A program made the translations under genes and the position numbers. Below are positions 24,236 to 33,724 of a stretch of DNA of 64,000 nucleotides, piece after piece. Where the stretch lies: NCBI GenBank assembly GCA_049999805.1, contig JBNGIO010006283.1:234742-298741 (forward strand). The letters run 5' to 3'. The stretch is from Folioceros fuciformis (Eukaryota). A model generated the notes under the pieces. That model saw only the letters and a list, made by a program, of their open reading frames with translations. It made no database searches and was not told the origin of the DNA. The first letter of the stretch is position 1. Every line of letters starts with the position of its first letter.

Positions 24236-26691
24236 ATGCATAGCAGCGCAGTGTGGTGGAGCAGCGGCAAGCTCTGCACCCTGGTGCCCCACTCTTTCCA
24301 TACTGTGGCCAAGAGACACGGACGATGTCACTCAAGTGAGTGAGTGATGGCTTGCATCCTATCATGTTCTCTGCCTTATGTTTTGGTGTGTGCATTCTCA
24401 TGGGTCATGGAAGCGGAATCTGGTGACTATCTTTCTTGCTGTCATGCATGCAGATCAAGTTAACCATCGGGCATTCACCGGAGGAAAATTTCTGGGACTG
24501 TTGGAGACTAAGGGTGGATCGGGTCACTCTTGTAGGAGGATTTCATGGAGGATGGGAGAAAGAACGTCAGTTGAGCTTTCCCCTGTGGTGGAGCGAAGTG
24601 ACGGGCTGCTGGAACCGTCTGCCACCGCTCCTGGTGATGGGAGGGTGAAGAAGAAGGTTTGCTTCTGGGTTGGCTACGTTGGAACCGTGTACAAAGGTTG
24701 GTAGACGGGTCAGCCCCTGTAGATTAGTGGATGCTCGATAGTTGGTCATCACGCTTGAGAGTGAAGCATGCGGTTGCCCTGAAGTCTCTCAGGTTTGTGC
24801 AGGACTTCAGTTGCAACGGTCCACAGGAGTCCCCAGTAAGTAGCTTCTGTCCAAGCTACATTGGTTCAGGTGCTGCACGTAGCATGTAGGTTGTCACACT
24901 CTCTCCGGTCTCTATTATTGCAGCCGTGGAAGCAGAGCTTGAAAAAGCCATACTCGCGGCTCATGGAATGCTCGCTAGTAACTTTGGGAATCTTCACAGA
25001 CTTGGATGGGCTCGCAGCAGCCGAACTGATAAAGGGGTAACCGTCGTGCTATACAAGTTGCTGTTTGTGCCAAAGCCTGATGCAACATGTATGTTACCTA
25101 TCGTTAGCACGACTGGAAGGTCCTGGTTTGACTGCACCTCAAATTGCTAATCTAGCAATTGGAGGAGGTTGCACTTCAGCTCCCCTTCGTTGTGACTGGG
25201 TTAACACAGATCAGCAGGTTCTAAGTTTGTTTCTACGTTCAGCTCAGGTGCACTCCATAAGTACAGTCATTTCTATGAAGATGGAAGTTCCAGAAGCAGC
25301 ATGGGTCCATGACAGGGACGGTCTTGCTTTGGCGGAAAGTATCAATGCTCACTTACCTGCAAACATAAGAGTGTTTTCTGTTGTCCCAGTGCCCAGGTCT
25401 GACTTAAGCTCAGTGTGTTGATTCTTTGTCACATCTGCAATTTCCGGCACTGATCTTCCTGGTGTTGCAGGTCTTTCGATTCGAGAAAGATGTGTTTAAC
25501 CCGCACATACGAGTATCTACTACCAGCGGCTGTGCTTGACATCAATCACTCTGGTTCAGTGGCAGCAAGGGAGGATCGAGTGACAGAACTCAACACTATA
25601 TTATCAGGATTTCAGGTTGTCAGCCAATTGAGCCACAGACAGCTTGGTTAGGAGGACGTCTAGTAGTACCCGTGACATAGGCTGTAACCTTCCTGCTGTT
25701 GTTGATTGGCAGGGAAGGCATCCTTTTCATAATTACACCGCTCGGAGCAAGTACAAAGACGTGAACAAGCCTGCCTATTTGAGCCGCAGGGGCAATCGGT
25801 CTTCCAACGAAGAATCGGCGGTTATGCCGGACGTGTTGAATGACAGTGACCCTAATGGTGTGAGCATCCCGGAAGATGAACTTTCATCTTTTGATGAAGA
25901 GAGCCAGGTTCCAGGTGGGGCAGAAGAGGACGAATCTATAGGAAGGGCAAGGTGGTTGTTTGAGCCTGACAGCAAAGACAAAGTCAGGACTGCACATTTT
26001 CGGCACATTATCTCGTGCTCCTGTAGTCCTCACATTGAAACTTGCGGAAATGTCCGTCTTCTCAAATTGTCCATCACCGGCGAGTCCTTCATGCTCCATC
26101 AGGTACAGATGATATTGCAGGATGTGTGTTGGGTTCTTTATGTCTTGGCACTGGTCTTTATTTGAATTTTGTACTGCTGTCTGGGTCGTCAATTATTGTG
26201 TGTGGGTGATGTGTTGTCAGATCAGGAAGATGGTGGGAACAGCTGTGGCTGTGTTGTGGGGAGTGCTTCCCCCTGACGTGATACCTCTGTCACTGGCTCG
26301 ACACTCCCGCATAATCTTGCCACTTGCGCCGTCAGAGGGCTTAGTTCTTGTCGACAGCGTGTTTCAGAATTTTCGGCAGCCCAGCTCATATGCCCAGAAC
26401 TTGATGGCAACCATGAATGATGCCAAACATTCAAGGTTAGAACCATCCAGCGAGGTGAAGAACATTATGCAAACATTTTTGCAGACTGTGGTGCTCCCGA
26501 GTGTGGCCCCCCTGTTGGACCACACTACTCCAGTGTGGTCTTTCTGGATAGATAATGTCACCTCACAGGCTCAGATAGAGGATGCGGAGCTCAATCCTGT
26601 ACGGGAGGCCTTCCGTCACTGGAGTGAGCAAAATGCATTGCAGAAGGACCTTAGGAAACAGCAACTGCAGCCAGAAGAAATCATTCTTTGA
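24236..26691 (+). CDS. tRNA pseudouridine synthase (TruA/PUS1 family), multi-exon, probable organellar transit peptide
   Basis: [28 protein letters not shown] (catalytic Asp), [54 protein letters not shown]. Start inferred from splice phase. Confidence 0.9.
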
Positions 26692-26750
26692 ATTCACTAC
26701 GTGTAATTGCTGATAAAGAAAGTTTACTACTTACAACTTCTGCCTTGCGT

Positions 26751-29700
26751 TCAATTCACCTCACCGTGCCAGCTTTGCTCCAAGGCTGCATGCCCAGTCT
26801 CCTTTAGCTTAGTGCTAAGGTCTTCCAGCAATGCATATAGCGACGGTGCTTCCTGATGCTCCTGGTCCGCGACTCGAAAAGTGTGAACCTTCTGCTTATG
26901 CTCAATCCAACTTTTGCCAGGCTGCTTCCTTGCCCCTAAACTCTGCCTTAACTCAGACACCTCTTTAGCACACTCAAGCATGCCAGCATCAGCATATATA
27001 CTCGCCATCAGTACGTACGCTGCCGAATGTTTGGGCTCTAGAGCCACAGCCTTGTCGAAAAACTGCTTCGCCCTTCCCACGTCACGGTGCTTTCTGCAGG
27101 CATCCAGCAAACACATCCACACTGGCAAATCAGGCTCCATTGGCATGTGGGAAAGCAGCTCTTCTGCCTTGCTCAACTGTCCACATCGACCAACAAGGTC
27201 GATGACACAAGTATAATGCTCCACGTCCGGAGCTAAGCCATGTTCGCTAGTCATGCTTTCAAAGTACTCCAGGCCCAGGTCTACCATGCCAGCATGACAG
27301 CAAGCAGATAGGAGTGCCAAGTACGTGACCCGATTAGGACTCACCCCCGCCAGGCGCATATCGTCATAAGATTCGATACTGAGCTCACAATGTCCAAGTT
27401 GCCCATATCCTGCTATCAGTGCAGTCCATGACACGACATCGGGATGTGGCATTGAGTCAAAGATGCTCCGAGCAACTTCCATGCTCCCAACTTTGGTGTA
27501 TGCATACATCAAACTGTTCGCCACAGAGGGACGGCACTCCAACCCGCGCTCCACTATCCTTTTGTGGGTTTGTACACATATATCCAGGGCTCCAGTCTTG
27601 CTGCATGCTTGTAAAACAGCCACAAGCGTCGCCTCGTTGAACGTCACGCTTTCTGCTTGCATGGTTGCGTAAAGTTGTAAGGCCTTTTCCCCTTGCTCAT
27701 GCTGAACATAGCCTGCGATCATTGCATTCCATGCCACCACGTCACGCTGAGCCAGGTTGTCGAACACCTGTTCGGCATCCTGCATGCTACCACACTTTGC
27801 ATACAGACTAATCAAGCTACTCCCAACGAAGACATCTAATGCAGAAGCCCGGTAAGCCTCAGCATGTAATTCCCTTCCCTTTTGTAGGCACTCCTTCTTC
27901 ACATTCTGGCCATCCACGAAGGCATATGCCTCCCTTTCCGCAAGGCTCCAACATGCTTGAAGACTGCTGACAAAAGTGCGAGCATCTGGCCTGACCCCTT
28001 CCTCACGCATCTGCTGGTACATTTCCAATGCCTTTTCGGCTTGGTCCTGCTGTGCATACCCGGCAATCAGGGAATTCCACGTGATCACATTGCGCTGGGA
28101 TAATGTGACAAACACCTGTTCTGAGTCCTTCATACTGCCACACTTTGAGTACATGCTAACTAGACTGTTCCCCACAAAGATGTCCGATTCAAAGCCATGT
28201 ACTCTAACGCTGGCATGTATTGCCCTACCTTTCTGAAGGGATAATGCTTTGACAAGCTGGCCACCGGTCAGTACAGTTTCCTCCTTTTCTGCAAGGCTGC
28301 CACAGGACTGGAGAACACTGACAAAGGTCCGGGCATCTGGACTGACGCTCTCCTCTTCCATTTGGCTAAAAGTATGAAAGGCATCTTCGCCTTGGTCCTG
28401 TTCTGCATAACCTGCTATCATGGCATTCCATGCTACCACATCACGCTGCTGCAGTTTTTCAAATACTTGTTTTGCATCCTGGATGCTTCTGCACTTTGCA
28501 TACATGCTAATCAATGTGATATTTACAAATGTGGATAGACAGCCTCTTCCTGTAGCTGCAGCATGGATTTGTTTCCCCTTCATTAGGGAGCCCACTTTGA
28601 AACATTTCCCATCGCAAACCACGCTTTCTTCTTCTTCTGCGAGGTTACCGCACGCTTGTAGGGCACTAACAAAGGTTCGCGCATTTGGAGCGACCCTTTG
28701 CTCTTGCATCTCGTGATATAGGCGCCAGGCATTCGCACCATCACCCTGCTGAGCGTATGCAGCAAGCATGGCATTCCATGACACCACGGAGCGTTGCTGC
28801 AATTTGTCAAAAACGTGCTCTGCATCCTTGATGCTCCCACATTTTGAATACATGCTAACCAAAGTGTTTCCAACAAAAATATCTGATTCGAAACCCCCTT
28901 CTGTTGCACCAGCATGTATCTTCCTGCCCACTTGAAGGGATTCAATTTTGAAACCCTGCTCATCAACGTAAGTGCTTTCCTCCTTCTCTGCAGTGCTGCC
29001 ACATGCTTGAAGGGCACTGACAAATGTCCGGTCAGTTGGCCTAACTCCTGCTTCTTGCATTCGCCTAAACATCTGTAAAGCCTTCTCACCTTGGTCCTGT
29101 TGAGCATATGCTGCAATCATGACATTCCACGTTACAACATCATGCTGAGGCATTCCATCAAACACCTGCTGTGCATTCACAGTGCTCCCACACTTTGCAA
29201 ACATACTTACCAACGTATTTCTAACATACCAATCCGATTCAAACCCATGTGCCAGCACATCAGCGTGAATCCTGTTGCCCTCTTCCAGATCTCCCAGTTT
29301 GCTGCATGCTTTGAGTAAACTGACAAACGTGTACCTGTCAGGCTGCACACCTTCCTGCTGCATCTGGTCATAGCACAAAAGTGCCTCACGACATTTCCCA
29401 GCATTGCTATACCCTGAAATGATAGCTGTCCATGAAAATGCAGTTCGATGGGGCAACCTTTCAAACAACTGCACCGCATCTGCAAGGCTACCACAGTTAG
29501 CCAGCGTAGTAACCATGAGATCCCCCAAGGATTTGTTAGACTCTAATCCATGTTTTGCCAGCTGAGCAATGATCTGCTTAGCCTCCCAGAGAGCTTTCCT
29601 TTTCATACAGGCTTGTAGAAGCGTCTGGTAAATCTGTACAGAAGGCACACATCCCTGCTGGTCCAGATGGAGCAAACCAAGCACAGCCTTGTTAACTTGT

Positions 29701-32700
29701 CCTTGGTGACAGAGTGCCTCTAATGATCGAATGGTCAAACGACTTGACTCTTCAGGTTCAGATGTCTGTTGCACAGTTGAGACTGCTGCTGAAAGGGTCC
29801 CTACCTGCTCCAGTTTCCTGTTTAAGTATGTGAGAAATTTGTAGATCGTTGACTCTAGGTGATGTCTGTGGTCACCAACCATAAAGGTGTGCACCTCCTG
29901 ACCATGCTCGATCCAGCTCTGCCCGGGCTGTCTGGTTGCAGCCACACAATGCCTCAATTCATCTACTTCCTGAACACACTCCCACATTCCAGCATCAGCA
30001 TAGATATTAGACATGAGCACATAGGCTGCACCATGTCTTGGTTCTAGACCCACGGCAGCATCGAAAGCACGCTTTCCAAGTTCCACCTCACCGTGCTTTC
30101 GGCAAGCACCAAGCAGACACAACCATACGGGCAAATCAGGCTGCATTGGCACGTGGAGAAGTAAATTTTCTGCTTTGCTAAAGAGTCCTGCGCGACCAAC
30201 CATGTCAATAACACAGGCATAATGCTCCGTAGTAGCAGAAATGCCATGTTCATTCGTCATGCTCTGAAAGTACTCCAGTCCGTTCTCCACCATGCCAGCA
30301 TGACTGCATGCGGAGAGGACTGCCATAAATGCGACTCCATCTGGTCTGAAGCCTGCAGTCAGCATTTCCTCAAAAAGCTGCAAGCTTCTAATACAATCTC
30401 CAACACGGGAATACCCAGCAATGAGTGCACTCCACGACACGAGACTAGGCTGAGACAGTGAGTCGAATACAAGCTGAGCATCCACCATACTCCCACATTT
30501 GCCATACGCATTGATTAAACTGTTGGCCAGAGAAAGGTTGCACAGAAGTCCTCTTTCCACGATGCTCTCGTGGACGTGCATGCACATGTCTAAGGCTCCT
30601 GTACGGCTGCATGCGTCAAGTACAGAAATGAAGGTGGCTGTGTCTGCTTTGACTCCTTCTGCTTGCATCTGGGTATAAATTTGAAACGACTTCTCCCCTT
30701 GCTCTTGGTGAGCATATGCTGCTATCATGGAATTCCATGACACAACATCCCGCTGATACATCCTGTTGAACACGTGTTCCGCATCCTTGATGCTCCCACA
30801 TTTTGCATACATACTTATCAAAGTACTACCTACGAAAGCTTGTGACTCAAAGCCCCACAAAGTCGCATCAGCATGCACTGCCCGGCCCTCCTGCAAAGCC
30901 TCGACCTTCACATTTCTTCCATCCACCAGTGAATATACCTCTGTTTCTGCAATGCTACCACACGCTTGCGAAGCACTGACGAAGGTCCACATATTTGGCA
31001 TGATTCCTACCGCTTGCATCTGCTTATAACACTGCAAGGCGGCTCCTCCACGGTCTAGTTGGGCGTACGCTGTTATAAGGGCATTCCATAACACCACATC
31101 GTGCTGCAAGGATGTCTGAAATACATGCTCTGCATCTTTGATGCTTCCACACTTGGCATACATGTGGACCAAAATAGTGCTGACGGAGGTGTCTGAGTCG
31201 AGACCCATACTCACAGCTGTAGCTTGTATCTCCCTCACCTGCTGCAAGCACTCCATCTTTACATGCTGTCCGTCAAGCAGTGCACTTTCTTCCTTTTCTG
31301 CGAGCTTGCCACATGCTTGGAGGGCATTAACAAGCGTCCGCAGATCTGGGCTCGCCCCTTCCTGAGACATCTGCATATACAGCTGCATTGCCTTCTCTGC
31401 TTGGTCCTGTTCAGCATATGCCGCAATCATGATATTCCATGAAACCACATCACGCCGCTCCAGCCTGTCAAACGCCTTTTCTGCATCCTTGATGCTCCAA
31501 CAATTAGCGTACATACTAACCAAGGAATTGCCAACAACGAGGTTGGATTCGAGACCGTCTTCAATGACGGCAGAATGTATTTCCCTTCCCTTTTGCAAGG
31601 ACTCCACCTTCAGATATTGCCCATTTATGAATGCACTCTCCTCCTTTTCTGCGAGCTTGCCACACGCGTGGAGAATGCTGACATAGGTGAGTCCATCTGG
31701 CTTGAGACCTTCCTCTAGTAGTTGATAATAAATTTCCAATGCCTTTTCACCTTGGTCCTGCTGAGCATATGATGAAATCATCGCAGTCCATGCTACCACA
31801 CTGCGCTTAGGCAATCTGTCAAATAGCTGCTTGGCATCATTGATGCTGCCGCACTTCCCATAAACATTCACCAAAGTGCTTCCCACAAAACTGTCCAAGT
31901 CAAGACCCCTCTCAACAGCCCCGGCGTGTACCTTCCTTCCCTTCTCCAACGACGCCACCTTCACATACTGCTCATCCACAACAGTAGTTTCCTCAGTATC
32001 TGCAAGAGACCCACATGCTTGAAGTGCAGTAACAAATGTTCGAGCATTTGGCGTCATGCCCTCTAGTTGCATCTCCCAGAAGGTTTTCAAGGCGCTCTCT
32101 CCCTGCCCACTCTCAACATATGCTGCAATCATGGCATTCCACAACGCCACATCAGGCTGCGAAAATCTGTCAAACACCTCCTTAGCATCAGTAATGCTCC
32201 CACATTTTGCATACATGAGGACCAAAATGCTCCCAATAAAAACATCTGATTCAAGACCTCTCCACTTAGCTTTGGCATGGATTACCTTTCCCCACTGTAA
32301 GGCATGCACTTTCAAATTCTGGTCGCCTACAGTTGAAGTTTCCGTCTGTCTTGCAAGGCTGGCACAGGCTTGGAGAGCACTGACAAAAGTCCGATCATTA
32401 GGCGTAAAACCTTCCTCTTCCATTCTACAGTATATCTGCAAGGCCTTCTCGCCTTGGTCCTGTTGAGCATATGCTGCAAGAAGTGCATTCCACGACACCA
32501 CATTCCGTTGTGCCAATCCGTCGAACACCCGTTGAGCATCGATGATACTCCCACACTTTGAATACATGCTAACCAGAGAGCTCCCAACAAACACGTCGGA
32601 TTCAAATCCATGTGCCTTAATTTCAGAATGTATCCGCTTGCCTTGTTCCAGGTCCTCCAACCTGCTGCATGCTTTGACTAGGCTCACAAAGACATGAGCG

Positions 32701-33086
32701 TCGGGCTGCACACCTTCCTGTTGCATCTGGTCATAGCACAACAAAGCCTGCTGACACTTTCCAGCAGTGATGAACCCTGAGATGATGGCTGTCCAAGAGA
32801 GAACAGTTCGGTGTGATAATCTAGTAAAAACCTGCAGCCCATCTGCAAGGCTACCACAGTTCACGAGACTGGTGACCACCAGATTTCCTAGATATCTGCT
32901 GGCATCTAACCCGTGTTTTGTAAGGTGAGCTTGTACCTGCTTTGCTTCCGCAAGGGTCTTCTGCTTCGAGCATGCCTGCAATAATCTCCTGTACATCTCA
33001 ATGGACGGGACGACTCCCTGTTGATCCATACGGAGCAGAGCCAGTAGAGCCGCATCAAGCCGTCCTTCCTTGCATAGGACCTCCAT
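26751..33086 (-). CDS. Giant PLS-class PPR protein made of two tandem PLS-E1-E2-E+ units, no DYW catalytic domain
   Basis: Uninterrupted 2125-codon ORF (first ATG 33086) with repeated LVSMYAKCGS / DVVSWNAMIAAY motifs. E/E+ block (PDLPVW.CLL.ACRKH..AAYVLM..IYADAG..PG.SWIEH..VHTF) occurs both mid-protein and at the C-terminus. Confidence 0.93.
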   Translation of the reverse strand: MEVLCKEGRLDAALLALLRMDQQGVVPSIEMYRRLLQACSKQKTLAEAKQVQAHLTKHGLDASRYLGNLVVTSLVNCGSLADGLQVFTRLSHRTVLSWTAIISGFITAGKCQQALLCYDQMQQEGVQPDAHVFVSLVKACSRLEDLEQGKRIHSEIKAHGFESDVFVGSSLVSMYSKCGSIIDAQRVFDGLAQRNVVSWNALLAAYAQQDQGEKALQIYCRMEEEGFTPNDRTFVSALQACASLARQTETSTVGDQNLKVHALQWGKVIHAKAKWRGLESDVFIGSILVLMYAKCGSITDAKEVFDRFSQPDVALWNAMIAAYVESGQGESALKTFWEMQLEGMTPNARTFVTALQACGSLADTEETTVVDEQYVKVASLEKGRKVHAGAVERGLDLDSFVGSTLVNVYGKCGSINDAKQLFDRLPKRSVVAWTAMISSYAQQDQGEKALEIYYQLLEEGLKPDGLTYVSILHACGKLAEKEESAFINGQYLKVESLQKGREIHSAVIEDGLESNLVVGNSLVSMYANCWSIKDAEKAFDRLERRDVVSWNIMIAAYAEQDQAEKAMQLYMQMSQEGASPDLRTLVNALQACGKLAEKEESALLDGQHVKMECLQQVREIQATAVSMGLDSDTSVSTILVHMYAKCGSIKDAEHVFQTSLQHDVVLWNALITAYAQLDRGGAALQCYKQMQAVGIMPNMWTFVSASQACGSIAETEVYSLVDGRNVKVEALQEGRAVHADATLWGFESQAFVGSTLISMYAKCGSIKDAEHVFNRMYQRDVVSWNSMIAAYAHQEQGEKSFQIYTQMQAEGVKADTATFISVLDACSRTGALDMCMHVHESIVERGLLCNLSLANSLINAYGKCGSMVDAQLVFDSLSQPSLVSWSALIAGYSRVGDCIRSLQLFEEMLTAGFRPDGVAFMAVLSACSHAGMVENGLEYFQSMTNEHGISATTEHYACVIDMVGRAGLFSKAENLLLHVPMQPDLPVWLCLLGACRKHGEVELGKRAFDAAVGLEPRHGAAYVLMSNIYADAGMWECVQEVDELRHCVAATRQPGQSWIEHGQEVHTFMVGDHRHHLESTIYKFLTYLNRKLEQVGTLSAAVSTVQQTSEPEESSRLTIRSLEALCHQGQVNKAVLGLLHLDQQGCVPSVQIYQTLLQACMKRKALWEAKQIIAQLAKHGLESNKSLGDLMVTTLANCGSLADAVQLFERLPHRTAFSWTAIISGYSNAGKCREALLCYDQMQQEGVQPDRYTFVSLLKACSKLGDLEEGNRIHADVLAHGFESDWYVRNTLVSMFAKCGSTVNAQQVFDGMPQHDVVTWNVMIAAYAQQDQGEKALQMFRRMQEAGVRPTDRTFVSALQACGSTAEKEESTYVDEQGFKIESLQVGRKIHAGATEGGFESDIFVGNTLVSMYSKCGSIKDAEHVFDKLQQRSVVSWNAMLAAYAQQGDGANAWRLYHEMQEQRVAPNARTFVSALQACGNLAEEEESVVCDGKCFKVGSLMKGKQIHAAATGRGCLSTFVNITLISMYAKCRSIQDAKQVFEKLQQRDVVAWNAMIAGYAEQDQGEDAFHTFSQMEEESVSPDARTFVSVLQSCGSLAEKEETVLTGGQLVKALSLQKGRAIHASVRVHGFESDIFVGNSLVSMYSKCGSMKDSEQVFVTLSQRNVITWNSLIAGYAQQDQAEKALEMYQQMREEGVRPDARTFVSSLQACWSLAEREAYAFVDGQNVKKECLQKGRELHAEAYRASALDVFVGSSLISLYAKCGSMQDAEQVFDNLAQRDVVAWNAMIAGYVQHEQGEKALQLYATMQAESVTFNEATLVAVLQACSKTGALDICVQTHKRIVERGLECRPSVANSLMYAYTKVGSMEVARSIFDSMPHPDVVSWTALIAGYGQLGHCELSIESYDDMRLAGVSPNRVTYLALLSACCHAGMVDLGLEYFESMTSEHGLAPDVEHYTCVIDLVGRCGQLSKAEELLSHMPMEPDLPVWMCLLDACRKHRDVGRAKQFFDKAVALEPKHSAAYVLMASIYADAGMLECAKEVSELRQSLGARKQPGKSWIEHKQKVHTFRVADQEHQEAPSLYALLEDLSTKLKETGHAALEQSWHGEVN

Positions 33087-33724
33087 CTCACAGGCATTCC
33101 TGAAGTTGCAGAAAGTAGGGGTCGTCAAGCATCACAGAAGTCAAGAGCAGAACGTACATTCAAACGGGTACAGAACTTTCAAACAGGTCGCACCTTCCAT
33201 TCACAGATGTCCCAGGCGTTGACGACGCTGATAGGTCTAACATCCCAACCTGCACTCGAGCATCTAGCATGGCCTGGGTGCAGGTCCACCTTGTCGTCAG
33301 GCTGGTAAGTTCGTAACAGAAAATTTGTGCCACGCCCACACTCGGTGCCGATCGATGTTTGTCTTTCTATCTTCTGGTATGGCTCGCTGCTGCTGCCTGT
33401 ATCTGACGTCTTATTGAGGCAGACGTGCGTGGTCCGCGGTCATCAGGCTTTCCCTTGCTCCTTGAGAATAGGGGACAGTGTCGATGAAGGCATCCATCAC
33501 AAAAGACGCAAGGAATAGCCTCTTCCACGCCTTACGCAAGACTGGGACACGGGAGCATAAGGCACGTTCAACTTGGTCAGTCTGCTTTTCCTTTCCAGTT
33601 ACCGATAGCAGTGCTTGAGGATGTGGAGCCTGACGACAGAAGAAGCCAGTCTGAATGGTCCCGCTGTATACTGATGATGGGTAGATCCCGTTTTCTGCTT
33701 TGACAGGTACTTCCTGCTTATAGG

